A stretch of 62,573 nucleotides of DNA, the filler included, from Rhabdomonas costata (lineage: Eukaryota), in NCBI GenBank assembly GCA_019059605.1. It is 40 parts of 40 records of this genome, joined end to end, with 100 filler letters (N's around TTAATTAATTAA, not from the genome) between each part and the next. Parts side by side here need not be neighbours in the genome. Positions count along the whole stretch, not along the records: positions 10,970 to 12,436 come from JAHMHO010015179.1; positions 12,537 to 14,003 come from JAHMHO010015180.1; positions 14,104 to 15,570 come from JAHMHO010015181.1; positions 15,671 to 17,136 come from JAHMHO010015182.1; positions 17,237 to 18,703 come from JAHMHO010015183.1; positions 18,804 to 20,274 come from JAHMHO010015184.1; positions 20,375 to 21,841 come from JAHMHO010015185.1; positions 21,942 to 23,408 come from JAHMHO010015186.1; 32 more parts are not named here. One strand, 5' to 3'. The notes beneath the pieces are model-generated. The model was not told the DNA's origin, searched no databases, and saw only the letters and a program-made list of their open reading frames with translations. Made by a program: the position numbers and the translations under genes. Of the stretch, positions 11,512-24,229 are shown in pieces. The first letter of the stretch is position 1. Every line of letters starts with the position of its first letter.

Positions 11512-11689
11512 CTGGGATATCCAGCACTCGTAGAGTCTCTGAGGCGGCCAGGACCCCACTGAGCTGCGCGGCGAGATCCACGCTGAGGTTGGCGTTCAGG
11601 GCAGAAGCGCTGGTGCCCAGCCGCAGCTCGGTAAGGCCCTTGGCTCCCCGCAGCGCGGGCAGCAGCGCGGCGAGGCCCTCATCATCCAG
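11512..11689 (-). CDS. Exon of a ribonuclease-inhibitor-type leucine-rich repeat protein
   Basis: LDDEGLAALLPAL..LTELRL and LAASETLRVLDI; GC-rich exon bounded by CAG and GT. Confidence 0.65.
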
Positions 11690-12349
11690 CTGACACAATG
11701 CGAAAAAACAAAATACTGCTGAAACCACAACCAATCCTATCCTTCTCCCCACAATTGCACATTGCGCCAAAGTTACCACGGCCGTTGAGCCATAACCACA
11801 GATTGTCTGCCTACCATTCCTGTCGTCAATCCTGGCGCTAATGGAAACAGTAAGCGGATAGGCATAGGTTTTGCCAGAAGCCCAAAAACAAATCAAAGGC
11901 ATCATCACCTCAACCCCTGAAAATGGACCAAACCAAAGCAAAAAAAAACACGTCAATGCACACGAGGGGAGGACAGGGGGTCATGTAGATACTAGTGCTT
12001 TCAAGCAACTCAAATAAACTGAAACAGGTCGGGAGCCTTGTCCCGAAGCTTTTTGTAATTAGTTGTTTTCAACGCCTCGTTCAAAAGGTTTGTTGGCCGC
12101 AACACTTCAGGCCGGTGTTCAAAACCAATGTAGGGGATTTTTTGCCAACAAACTTTTCCGTTCCGGATCATGCGCGACACCCCCCAATTAGCACACTACA
12201 TCTGACATAGCACCCATTTGACCGTTGCCAACCTTCAACCGCACGAAAAACGTCCAGGTCACCATCAATCCTGGAATGCAAGCTGCGACCATACCTCCTG
12301 TCGATGCTCCGGGCTACGAAACGTAGCGAAAGGTTTTTGAAACATACTC

Positions 12350-12436
12350 ACGTACGCACACGCACACGCGCACACGCGCACGCGCACACGCACACGCACA
12401 CGCATATGCATACGCATACGCACACAAACACAAACA
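12350..12436 (+). repeat. Compound (CA/CG)n microsatellite
   Basis: cacgcacacg-type tandem run up to the contig end. Confidence 0.9.
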
Positions 12437-12536
12437 NNNNNNNNNNNNNNNNNNNNNNNNNNNNNNNNNNNNNNNNNNNNTTAATTAATTAANNNNNNNN
12501 NNNNNNNNNNNNNNNNNNNNNNNNNNNNNNNNNNNN

Positions 12537-13732
12537 GGTGGTGTGGCTGTACTCGCGGTGGAGCTGCTCCATCTTCTCATCAAGCTTGGAGTCCACCAGG
12601 GCCTTCTCCAGCCCGGCCTGACCCTCTGTGGAGTCCGGCAGGAAGTCCGGGCGGTTCTCGGATCGGTTGTAAATCATCCTTTACAGGAAACCCACCCCAT
12701 CAAAAAAAGATGGATGCCTGCATGTTTGTGTCTGGTTGGTGCGCCGATAGCGGCGCCGGGGATGCTGGCAGCTGGGAGCTGATGCCACGGAGCTGAAGTG
12801 TGGTTGAGACTTCCTCGGGTGCCCTCGTCTTTACCGAAATCTACCGGGCACGAGATGCTTGCCAAAGACTCTCGGCTGCCACAGCCTTGCCGTGACGATG
12901 GCTCTGCGTTGAGTGAGTGACCCCCCCCCACTATTCACCCTCGTGAATAGAGAACACTTTTCATGAGTGGTGTTCGCCACGCACGGCTGAGGACCTCCGC
13001 TTCGGAAAAACTTCGAAACGGACCTAACAGTACGTAACGGGGTTCCGTGATCGCATGGAAGCGTTTTGCGCCCAGTGCTGGGTACATTTTCTCATGCGCT
13101 TGTGTCAAGTTGCTCTATTTGAGCTATGTTTCGCCTACGAAAATGTTCTGTGAGTTGATAGAAGAGAAAGGTGATGGGAAACATTTTTATGCGCTAAGCT
13201 GAGTAGCGGCAAACGCTAATCATGAATAACGAACGCAACCCACAGCCGAATACGGCGTCAATGGCACCGCTACAGCGGCTATTGCGGTGAGGGGGGAGGG
13301 CAAAAGAGTCCATGACATCCCATATGACTCCAGAAAGACTGAAGGCATCTGGGTCCGGGAAAAATTCCTCCGGGAAAACCGACGAGAAAGAAACTCGAGA
13401 AACCTGTTACGAGGTGATATCGCAAAACGGATCCGGACAGAAAAACTGTCGCCGCAGTACTTCTAACACACAGCCCACATCCCAGCGTGGTTACACTGCT
13501 TTTACTTTCCCAGATTCTCCCTCGCCCTCATTGTGACCAACTAACCAAAATAATCAAAGTATCAGGACAAAATTCTTGGAGAACGCAGAGATTTTCAGAA
13601 AGGTGGGTCTCATCCCCTCCGAATCCGCCGGCGCTGAGTGTGCCACCCCGCAACCTGTGCACGTATCGATCCGCCTCGTAGCACCAGACCCGTTGGGACT
13701 CAAGCTCGATGGCAAAGCTGTGGCCGGACTCC
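12537..13732 (-). CDS. BRAP: BRCA1-associated protein (BRAP2/ETP1) homologue, partial; exons 13732-13655 and 12678-12537
   Basis: zf-UBP tail ESGHSFAIELESQRVWCYEADRYVHR, spliced (phase 2) to MIYN...SKLDEKMEQLHREYSH, the BRAP2 coiled-coil entry. Confidence 0.8.
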
Positions 13733-14709
13733 CTGTGATAACACCAACGAAAGGACAACGACTTGGGGCCAACATATGACCTGAACAGGGAAGACTGGGA
13801 AACTATTTATTCCACATATATGGCGCGCGTCATGTCAAAAGAGAGAGTTACTGCCGAAGCAAAAAATTTGCAAAAACGGACCATGAAAACTCAAGAAAAG
13901 ATGTGATGACACTCATAAGGTCGTTTTAACGTCAATGGCTGAAAAATTCCACATGCACCCCGTAAAGTCGCGCGCCATGAGAGAAAACCATGTTACCATG
14001 TGGNNNNNNNNNNNNNNNNNNNNNNNNNNNNNNNNNNNNNNNNNNNNTTAATTAATTAANNNNNNNNNNNNNNNNNNNNNNNNNNNNNNNNNNNNNNNNN
14101 NNNGGGTGGTGGTGTTACTCAAGGAGGGGGGGGGCGCACCAGCTCGATCTGCCACTGCTGAGCCTCAGCTGCGCTGGCGGTGGGCTCTCGGATTGTAAGG
14201 AAGCCAATGCCCACACCACGGGCGGCCTGCTCCGCGGCGGCGGCGGGTGGGGTGGGCCCACGGTGATGGAGATGCGCCTGGAGCAGCGCGGGGTGTGCCC
14301 CAGAGGACAGGTCCTGCGCAGATCACACAGAGGTCAATGGAGGAAACACCAAGAAAGAACAGATGGTAAGAAACCACGTCAATCCAAGAAGCGCCACATA
14401 CATACTCTGTCATACTCTCTCGGAAGCCTCGTAACAGAAAAGCACAACACTGGAATTATTCGCGCAATCCAACAAATCGATTACTGCAATTGCACTTATC
14501 CTTATACTTATCAACATAACCATGAACATGACATGTTTTTGGTCCCTCAGGGTTGGCCGATCTTCTTGCTCATCATCCTCTGCTTTGGTGGTTCTGGATT
14601 GACACAACACCTCTTCGATGTCTGCTCTCCTCCTTCAACTCCTTCAATTGCAATTAGCCCTTCTTTTCATGAAGATTAAACGTGTCACAAAAAAGTGGGG
14701 ACGAGTAAG

Positions 14710-14965
14710 CGCAGCTGAGCCCGCAGCGCGCACGCACCAGCTCTGAGGAGCTCCGTGGGGGCGTGGGGGCACGCTGGCGTGTTGGGTACGAGGCCAGGCG
14801 GGTGTGCAGCCACAGCAGAGTGGCCCGGGCCCACCGCCGCAGCCTCAGAGAGGGGAACGTCGCGGCGAACGCCGCCGCAGCCATCACGCGGTACAGGTCC
14901 AGGGGCTCAGGAACCCACACCATCATGTCCTGGCACAGCACCAGGGCCAGGGCGTGGAAGTAGCA
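14710..14965 (-). CDS. Exon of an unknown protein (3' boundary approximate)
   Basis: GC-rich open frame CYFHALALVLCQDMMVWVPEPLDLYRVM after a polypyrimidine-CAG; no family recognised. Confidence 0.45.
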
Positions 14966-16917
14966 CTGTGCGGGGAGAAAGACCCAGAACCCAACAAGAC
15001 AGAGGGCCGAGGAGGGATGGGCGGGGATGGGGGTTCGGCACCTCCCTCCCACCCTCCGCTCCTCTCCCGAAACCCGTTAAATACATATAAATCAGGCGGG
15101 CAGCTTTCTGCACAGGCTGTTAAGAGTGAATTGAAGGGCAGAGATTACTTTTAAATGTTCCGGGTAAACTGCAAAAACCACGAAGCCCCGTTGGTGTAGC
15201 TCAGGGGCTATGACAACGCATGCAGCGCTTGGCGTTGCTGAACAGGTGTGAAAACTGAGTCGAACCAGGTTGCCCAACAGTGCAGCGATAATGTTACAAA
15301 ATGAAAAAAAAAAAAAGAAGGCAGAGAGGTTTTCCAGAGGGATACGTCCAGTCGCAGCTGGCGGGGAGGGAGCTACACATTTAAACAAAGAAGCCAAGCA
15401 GGAGGGTAGACGCGACGGAGTCGTGACAGAGAGACGGGATGGCGAGGAAACAACCGTTGCTTCCCAAAAGCAACAGCTTCCGGTGATACTAATGAGAAAA
15501 AAAAGCAAAAAAATCACAAAAAAGTGATGGGGAGGGAACGGGAAGCAACCATACCAACCACACCCAACACNNNNNNNNNNNNNNNNNNNNNNNNNNNNNN
15601 NNNNNNNNNNNNNNTTAATTAATTAANNNNNNNNNNNNNNNNNNNNNNNNNNNNNNNNNNNNNNNNNNNNGGGGTGGGTGCACTGAACGCTTAACTCCGG
15701 TCAACACAAATTTAATTTTACTTTTAAATTCTAATTTGACAGTTCTGTAAGATAGGGATTTTCCAGTTTATGAACATCAGCTCTATAAGGGTAAAGGAAA
15801 AAATAGCATATAACTTGAACAGTTGTTGCGCGAAATGGAAAGGTTGGTTATGAAGATATGAAAACGCAACCCGGAGTATTGCAAGAGGCGCATGACAGTA
15901 TGATGTAGTACGCAAAGTGGGCATGCACCCATGCCATATGCAATCCCACTGGTCGTCCCCACTCCACTGTCACCCCCATGTCCACACCCCTGCCTGCAAC
16001 AAGATAGCATTGATTGTATACATTCTGTACGAACGGAAAGTAAGCGCACGTGGATGCCACAAAGTCCATACTTCTGAGGCACGGCTGATGCGGTAAGGCA
16101 TCGGGGGACCGGGAATACGCCGCAGCCAGGGCAGACGCCACCCCAATTTGCAAAAGCAGGGCCAGGAGTACGAAAAGGGGGGATTGCGGGGAGGCGCATG
16201 GAACCCCGCACATTGTAATCGAGCAGAACAAATATGAAGGAGGAAGCAAAAAAATACGTCTCCACTTCCGAGCATAGAACTGACAAAGAGGGGTGAGTGA
16301 TCTAAGCTACAAGCGATGTGAGAGTACTGCGGAAATGCTAAGAAAACAATTAAAACGAAGTGAATAAGCAAATGTGATTTTGCCTTTCAGTTTTTTCCAG
16401 CCGTTTTTAAGCCTACGGCAGCTCGTCTCATGTTCTTGTCATTTTCAGCACGTCTTTACCGTAAAATGCACTCGTTGCACCTTCCGCAAAGGGGCTTCCC
16501 AACTTCAAGAAAACCCACGAGTACCAGCATGGAAGCGCCCAAACGACCGGTTACCAGACAAATGAGACGATGATGATCAGCACAGCTGCGAGAAGAATGA
16601 AGCGGTACGAGTGACACCCGTCAGGGGAAAGGTACTGTGATCAAAATCAGCAAAAGGGTGCAGCTCCGGAAGAAACGGCATCTGCACCAATGAAAACTCC
16701 GAAAGTGCAAGCAGAGCTAAAAAAAAAACCGGACGGTAACGACAGCGAGGCAAAGGACGGTGCGACCGATTGCCGAGAGACATAGGCATGGACCGTGGGC
16801 TCAAAGAGTCCAGAGAGACGGCCCAAATTTGAGAATGGAAAGCGCCCCTCGCTCACCGCGGCAAAGAGGATTGCACCGCAGTGGTGGATCTGCCTTGCGA
16901 TCAAACCTGCGCGAGCC

Positions 16918-17133
16918 CTACCCCTGTCCTTGCAGCCGCTCGGCCAGCATGGTGTGACCGTGGTCCTGTGCCAGCTGAGCTGGGGTGCGGCCCTCTTTGT
17001 CCTGCACGCTGACGCTGGCTCCTCCGGCAAGCAGGGCCAGCGCGGCGCGGTCCTTGCCCGCTGTGGCGGCGAGGTGAAGGGCGGTCTGGTGCATGGCGTT
17101 GGGGGCGTCCGGGGGGGCTCGCGCGACACACAC
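16918..17133 (-). CDS. Ankyrin-repeat protein, terminal exon
   Basis: QTALHLAA..G..LL..GA and DKEGRTPAQLA ankyrin consensus, ending at TAG. Confidence 0.85.
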   Translation of the reverse strand: MCVARAPPDAPNAMHQTALHLAATAGKDRAALALLAGGASVSVQDKEGRTPAQLAQDHGHTMLAERLQGQG

Positions 17134-17511
17134 CCCNNNNNNNNNNNNNNNNNNNNNNNNNNNNNNNNNNNNNNNNNNNNTTAATTAATTAANNNNNNNN
17201 NNNNNNNNNNNNNNNNNNNNNNNNNNNNNNNNNNNNGTTGTGTGGTTGGGTTGGTGGGGTAGGACCTTTTACTTCGGCCCAAAACCTCGCATACTGAGCC
17301 TTCGCACTGGCTTTTCATCGGGCTTGGGCTTTGATGAGAGAAAGAACTGCAGGCTGGCACACCGTCAGCCCACCTGCACGCCGGTGTACCAGCAACGATT
17401 TTTGTTGCTGCTGCTGTTGCTCTGAAGGCGCTGGATAGTATCCAAAGGACAAAGAACTGCACGCTTTTGCGAGGGTGCTTGCGAAGGGGAAAGGAGGGAA
17501 GAAGGTGCAAC

Positions 17512-18551
17512 CTCTGGCAGAGACACGAAGTCCTCCCCAGTGACGGTGATTGAGGGCATTAGTGGACGGGGCACCATGGGGGGCGAGACACTGAGGATGT
17601 GCAGCGGCTGGCCCTCCTCGACGGCGCCCATGTCGTGTACCCACTCCGGGACAGGGGGCAGGAAGAGGTTGCCTCGCAGCGCCGTCTCGTTTTCGGGATA
17701 CCACCGCCACATCTGCGGCTTCTCAAACCTATTCACCACACGAGCACCACTCAAGGGGGGAGGGAGAGGGGGTGCTTGTTTGAGTGATATCATGAGGATG
17801 AACCATAACAAGGCCAAACCCCAATCTGGCCTGCCTGTCTTGAGAAACAGTTGGAACGGGAGGGGTTAGTTTGTTTGGTGTGAGGTTGAAGGTCGACCCC
17901 CCCTCCGGTAACCACTTGATCAAGCTGTGAACCATGCTCTGTCCCTCCCCAGTTGGGATAGAATTGGACGCAAAGGCCAGACGCGGTGCGGCCGGAGCCA
18001 TCCCACTCCCGAGATGCATCACGCCCTTTACCACCCTTTGTGCCACAATTTGTTTCCCTTATGGGTGTTTGTGTCACGGGTGCAAAGTGCAAACACATGA
18101 TTCACACAGGGGGACAGGGGGGGGGACTGAGTTCCAGTTTAACCCGGTTTTTTAGAGTCGAAATTCAGCAGTGAAACGCAGAGCAGACAATGACCTTCCG
18201 AGCTTATGACCAAAAATTCCCTTAACTAGCTCCAGGAGACAGAAGCGGAACCAACAAAACGCAGCAGGGGTCGCATGTCAAATTGGCCTCTGCAGCAAGA
18301 AGCGATAACAGTCATTGATTCCTTCATTAATGATGAAGGCTGACTCGGTTACACATACACTTGCACAGGCCGCTTGTCAACCCGCACCAAGCGGCAGAAA
18401 CGGCATACTCGGACGGGACGTAACCCGTGAAGAAGTTGTCTGCCAGCCCCAGCTCCGTGAGTGCAGGCAGGTTCAGGATTTTGCCGCTGATGCTGCCGTT
18501 GAACTCGTTGTGCTCCAGGTGAATGTGCTCGTCCGTCTTCGGATAGGCCAC
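17512..18551 (-). CDS. Extracellular LRR + IPT/TIG-like protein, partial; exons 18551-18409 and 17728-17512
   Basis: Plant-type LRRs (LEHNEFNGSI, LADNFFTGYVPSE, LRGNLFLPPVP) followed by HILSVSP...ITVTGEDF. A phase-2 GT-AG intron joins the exons in frame. Confidence 0.7.
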
Positions 18552-18567
18552 CTTTGAATGAGGAGCA

Positions 18568-18696
18568 GGTATCATAAAATAGTAGTCTCTTTCAGAAGAC
18601 CGGGTGTTCTCTCCATTTCGATGGAAATGAAATCATTTTTCGTCGAAATGGAGAGAACACCCGGTCTTCTGAAAGAGACTACTATTTTATGATACC
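18568..18696. repeat. Perfect inverted repeat, 54-bp arms (18568-18621 / 18643-18696), at contig end
   Basis: Arms are exact reverse complements with an imperfectly pairing 21-nt spacer. Confidence 0.95.
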
Positions 18697-18821
18697 ACCA
18701 ACCNNNNNNNNNNNNNNNNNNNNNNNNNNNNNNNNNNNNNNNNNNNNTTAATTAATTAANNNNNNNNNNNNNNNNNNNNNNNNNNNNNNNNNNNNNNNNN
18801 NNNGGGTTTGTGTGGGCCTTG

Positions 18822-18849
<28 letters not shown>
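18822..18849 (+). repeat. (GT)n microsatellite
   Basis: Directly visible dinucleotide run. Confidence 0.9.
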
Positions 18850-18852
<3 letters not shown>

Positions 18853-21062
18853 GGCGATTCCTCCAGGTCCCATGACTACCTACCTATATTCTCGGGACCT
18901 TCGCAGGTGCGTTTCAGATGTAACCCATTAATTCGTTTTGCAGGTGAGTGACGCGGGCCGGTTTATTATGTGTAATGTACCACCACTGCAAAAGTACCGT
19001 GAGCCCTGATGCAGTCGAACTTATCCTCTGTTGCGGGCGTAGGTGCCCGTTGAGCAGCTCGCGCTCATTTATGGGAGTGCTCATGTGTGAGAAAGGGGTG
19101 AGTGGCCCCGGAACTCTTTCCAGTCAGTCGCTCCCCCCCCCGTTCAGAAACATTCCTTTTCCCCATATCTCGTCAGTAATTTTGCATTCATTGTATCTCT
19201 TTTTGGGTGTGGGAAGAAATTCGGTTGCTCTCTCTTCTTTCTATTGAGATGGATTCTTCGGTACATTTATGGCTGCATGCACACGCACACTCGCATCACA
19301 AGGAGGAAGGAAGGAAGGAAGGAAAGAACGCTTGCATGTGCCCCCAAGCTCTTGACGACAGAAGGTCTTGTCTCCTGTGGGTTGTGGGGTCTCATATATT
19401 GCTTTCTCAGCCCTTAGTATGCACGGAAGGAGCTCTTGGTTAGATGCTGATGTGAGTACAAGTCCGAGGGGCCCGTGACGACACATCTTCATGTCTCTTG
19501 TTCCCCTCTCTGGCTTTGTGCATTTGTGCTGCCTCGGCCCTTGCGTGAAAAGGAGCCGTGTGTTTGCTGTTGACATTGGCGAATATTTGCACAGGATAGG
19601 CTTTAAAGAATGGATGCGTATTTGATCACATTCCTCTTCGTTGTAGTGGCTCCGGCCCTTCCCCGAAGAATGTGCCTTCCCCAGCTCGTTGTGAACAGGC
19701 GTTTGGGCCGTTCTCATCCCTTTTTCGCTGTAGAGCAGCCCATCGACCCCCCACGTTTCCCACCGCATCCTTTCTGAGGTTTTTCCAGCGTGCTTTTGTT
19801 CGTTTTTCTTTGGTCTCACATCAGTTTCCTCCCCGTGCTGGCGTGTCATGTCTGAGTTTTTCAGGTACAGTTTTGACTGGATCCACTTTTTGCGCTGACG
19901 TTGCTTCGCCATCAGTTTGACCTCACACGCAAGTTTTCCGAGCCAGAATTGGCCGCCCTTCGAGGTTTCTCAGTGGATAAGCCCAAGGATAATATTGAGC
20001 GAGTCGTTGTGAAATGCTTGGGGGGGGGGGCGATGCTGCGTACTCCAAACATGCCACCACCTCGCATCGTTTATTATGATAGGACGATTTGGTGTCTCAT
20101 TCCCTTCAATGAAATTAATTCTTTTGCATGATGTTCGGCGGCGGCGTCTGCAAACCCCAATGTCTGAATGGGTGTGCAAAGTTTGTGGTGAGGCATCGTG
20201 TCATGATACCAAACATTCTACGAATCAATGAGAAAAGGTTTTTCTTCGCCAAGGAGCCCACGGATGGAAGGTGGNNNNNNNNNNNNNNNNNNNNNNNNNN
20301 NNNNNNNNNNNNNNNNNNTTAATTAATTAANNNNNNNNNNNNNNNNNNNNNNNNNNNNNNNNNNNNNNNNNNNNGGCTCTGGCGAGTGAGCGGGGTTATC
20401 TTCTTTTGGAGAGGGGGGGGACACTCCGGGGTGAGGGCGAAACGGGTAGGTGGGAAGTTGGTTGTAAGGGTAATGCAACCATCAACAAACATGCTACGCT
20501 CAAATGCTAACTTTGGCTGTGTTTTATCTGTAAAACGGGTGAAGCGGTAAACTGTGCTCAAAAAACCTGTACAGCACAGTTGTTCGTCATCTGCCCAGGA
20601 GCTAGACACTTGTTAGTCTGTGGTGGTATCAGACATGTGCGACCAAAAAGGGAGACCACAATCTGAATGCACAGGCGTGATCGAAATCCCCCCCCTCCAC
20701 GGGTTAATTTGAACCCCGGATTTCCGGGTTTGGGACAAAAACGGCTCCTCACCCTAAAAGGGAGTTGTGGTTTCCATTTGGTAATTCTAACAGAAGAAAT
20801 GGCAGGGGGTTAGGGGGCGACAAACGCAACAAGCCATTTGAGTCGAAGAAATGCGTGGGGTTAGGGCGATGCTCATGTGGGGGGGGGGGGCGGAGCCCTC
20901 GCGACTGAAGTGGAGTTAATTATCGGCGTTTCTATGGTTCGGAGTGGGTTTTCAGTGGTTTTGACTGGTTTTAATTGGTTTTGTGGGGGGTTTGACTGAT
21001 TTGTCACTGGCTTTGTATGGTTTTAAAGCGGTTTTATTCCCCCCACTCTCTCGCCGCAGGAC

Positions 21063-21209
21063 CTCGAGATGCTCTCCCCGGCGAGCAACGAAGAAGGCCA
21101 CCTTGTGGATCACCTCCAGGGCGCCCTTGGGGAGCCCCGCCGGCACAGCGGTGGCTGGGACACCACCGGCTGCGCCCCAGCTGCTGGAAGATGCAAAGTC
21201 CGAGGCCAT
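21063..21209 (-). CDS. SURP/SWAP-domain splicing factor, first coding exon
   Basis: ATG start, then EVIHKVAFFVARRGEHLE matching the SURP consensus IxKxAxFVxxxGxxFE; GT donor follows. Confidence 0.7.
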
Positions 21210-22275
21210 TCTTTAGGCCCAACCGTAGGGTCACACCCAGTTCAAGGTGACAGAAAGATACCTTTCTCGACGGCACCCAGCCTAACCGCAGCACGTCCCC
21301 CAGAGAAGCAGCGAATTCCGCGGGCGGGAACAGCAGCGGAGAGTTTGCAAAAGGTTTCACGGAAAGAAGATAAAACAGAAACCTTGGAGGTGGGAGAAGT
21401 GAGAATGTCACGACTCACACGATGAACGAGAGAGGAACACCCACCCTTCCGGGTCCGTGGCCCGAAGGAGAGCGTATCCTAGATGGCATCCTCCTTCAGC
21501 ACTCTAACCAACTCTTCGTCCCGACTGGCAGGCTAGCGATGACCCCCAGCTCAGATGGGCCAACCCAGCGTGTGTACCGTATGGCATGTGCACAAAAAGG
21601 GCTTCACATAAGCAACAGTACAAGATTGTACGTGCCCACAGAAGCGCCGAAACAGCAATAGCACCTCGACAAACAGACACATGCATTCAAGGCAACAGAC
21701 ACGCAAACAAAAACGCTCCACAGAGGCAAAGAAATAACAAGTGCATTTCATTGATTGCAGAGGAACCCCTCCATACACGCTCACGCACACACAGCTCTGC
21801 AGAAGGAAACCCTCCTTCAGGCTGGTGGGTGGCTCGCAACCNNNNNNNNNNNNNNNNNNNNNNNNNNNNNNNNNNNNNNNNNNNNTTAATTAATTAANNN
21901 NNNNNNNNNNNNNNNNNNNNNNNNNNNNNNNNNNNNNNNNNCAGTGGCGGCGCTCGAATTTCTGTCCTAAAGAAGGTTAACCATTCCCAAAGCCGGTCGT
22001 ACGACCAATGTGATCAAGTTCCAAAAGTTAACTGCACCAATACACAGAACTGCTCACATTCAACACAATTTAAGTCAAAAGGTCAGCACAATAAAAAGTA
22101 CCTATTAACAGAAATGTAAAAAGCTCCGACTCCACATCCAAGTACAGACGCAGGTAAAACGGCAAGCGAACCCAAAAAAACTCAAAGGAAACCCCATAGA
22201 AAAAGCGATGCCCAGAGAGTGACTAGACTGCCACTTTTCAGATGGGCCACATTGTGCAGCGGCTTTTTCCGGAAA

Positions 22276-22774
22276 TCACACGTTGGAGTAAGCACAGGCA
22301 ATTCGGAAGAACTGGAGGAAGTTGCGGATCTCCAATTTCAGGTCAGAAATCTGAAGTGTCCCTCGGCGGCGGGTGTCCAACTCAGAGAACGCTTCCTGTG
22401 AGCGAGCAAGCGGCACAATGAAAGACAAACAGACATGCCACTGTTAAAGGCTGTCCATGTCCCATGTCCCTGTTGTATGCCTTTCCTTGGATATGGATAG
22501 GGCGGGGGGGGGCACGGGTCTGGAACTCAATGATGCAAAACAGCAGCGCCTAACAGCGTCTTTCATAGGTGGTTTCCGAATGAGGGTTGGTAGAAACGAC
22601 CTTCACATCCGCCTCGGTCGGGGAGTCCTCGTCGAGAACCCTCGAGGAGAGCAGACGGTAGTGCCGAAAGTCCTCCAAGCAGATCTCTTCCTCAGCAGGA
22701 TCGCTGGAAGCCTCTGGAGGCAGGCCAAACACTGCTCTGGCAAAGCGCAGACCCACTTGTGGAGCCTCCAAAAC
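22276..22774 (-). CDS. EF-hand protein, last two exons (22774-22601 and 22395-22276)
   Basis: Phase-0 splice gives TEADVK|EAFSELDTRRRGTLQISDL, a degenerate EF-hand, ending at TGA. Confidence 0.65.
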
Positions 22775-23348
22775 CTTTGAAAAGGCGCGCACGGCACCCG
22801 TTGTTCCCACTCTTATGCTATGACCCCCCCTCCCTTCAAAAAGATCTGTCAGGTTCTCTTTTCGTCTTTTTCCTTTGCCTCAATTTGTACATTTTTTCGA
22901 TCGGCAACAGCAAATTGGGATTGGAACGCCTCCCAGCAGCTGGGGACGCAACCCAGACTGGGTGCTTCTCATTGCACTAATGAGTGATGGGTGATGAAAT
23001 GGGGGGTCGACAAAACTGCGATATTGGGATGGTCGTTCGAAATCGATCAAGTTTTAGGGCTTTGGTCGATCACAAAAATCCCACTTGCATATGTTTCTGT
23101 GACAACCATCCTTTCCGCGTTATTTCTACCAGTATAAAACAGGAAACTCCAAAACAAAACCGATCTACGGTGAGCGGATACGCTTCCCAAAGAGTGGTAA
23201 ACGGGACAACACCTGTCCCACGGCCTGCGAAGTTGGTACGCCCGGAAACAAATCCTCGAGCACCACCTTGGGGTCGCGGACCCTACCCTGAACGGGCACC
23301 GGCAGAGCATCAGTGGCGTTTTCCAGTTGCGGGTGTTTTTGATCAGAT

Positions 23349-23383
23349 GGCGGTGGCGGTGGCGGTGGCGGTGGCGGTGGCGG
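23349..23383 (+). repeat. (GGCGGT)n hexanucleotide repeat
   Basis: Directly visible tandem run. Confidence 0.9.
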
Positions 23384-24112
23384 CGATGGCACGGGCGGCA
23401 CAACACACNNNNNNNNNNNNNNNNNNNNNNNNNNNNNNNNNNNNNNNNNNNNTTAATTAATTAANNNNNNNNNNNNNNNNNNNNNNNNNNNNNNNNNNNN
23501 NNNNNNNNTGTGGTGGGTCTCCCCAGTGAGCTGGCACAAGGCGCCAATGCGTTCCAGGGCGGAAGGGCCCTGCGCAAGACATGCAGACATTTTATCACAC
23601 AGCATGTTAGGATCCGGCCACCCGACGTTAGGAGCTGCTGTTGGGGACACTCGACTTGGGACACTGACTCGGAGCATGTAGGCACGATTGAAGGATCTCT
23701 CAACGATATCAAGTCTTCAGGCCTGCTTCGGTTTCGCTCTCTGCTATACTGAAACAATAAAAAGGAACGCACCTGTTTGGTCAGGTGGCTGATACCAATG
23801 GTAGTCTTTATCTTGTCCCCCTTTCAAGAAATGTTCCCCTTTTGGGCACCCCTTTTGCACACGAAGTCTTACAACAACACCGGCCTCTGGTCCACAATTT
23901 ACAACACAGGAGCAAACGGCTCGTCTGGTGCCTTTTTTGAGACGTTTCTGTTGTTACCAAAGAAGGGGACCCGGCGTCCAGAATTGCGTCTGTTTTGTAT
24001 GCGCCAGTACAGAAGCGGTGCCCAGCAATCCGTTTGTTTTGCGGAGACCCCAAAGCCTAATTTTCGAGAAGAGGCGTTTGCGAGCGTACTGCCAACAACA
24101 AAATGTAGAGAC

Positions 24113-24229
24113 CTGAGGATTGGCCTCGAAATGAAGCAGGTCCAGCGCCAAGGTGATGCCCAGGTTCATGGGCTTCACCACGGCCCCGTCCAGGCCCATC
24201 CACTGCGCAGTGGCCTCGATTAGGGCCAC
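24113..24229 (-). CDS. Exon of an unknown protein
   Basis: GC3-rich frame VALIEATAQWMGLDGAVVKPMNLGITLALDLLHFEANPQ followed by a GT donor; family not recognised. Confidence 0.45.

Noticed and set aside
20805-20866. TTAGGG telomeric repeats
   Set aside because: Only two isolated single units inside a short imperfect direct repeat; not a tandem array.
23047-23406. Poly-HR, poly-Pro and poly-VA ORFs
   Set aside because: All are translations of the (GGCGGT)n microsatellite; no other coding support.
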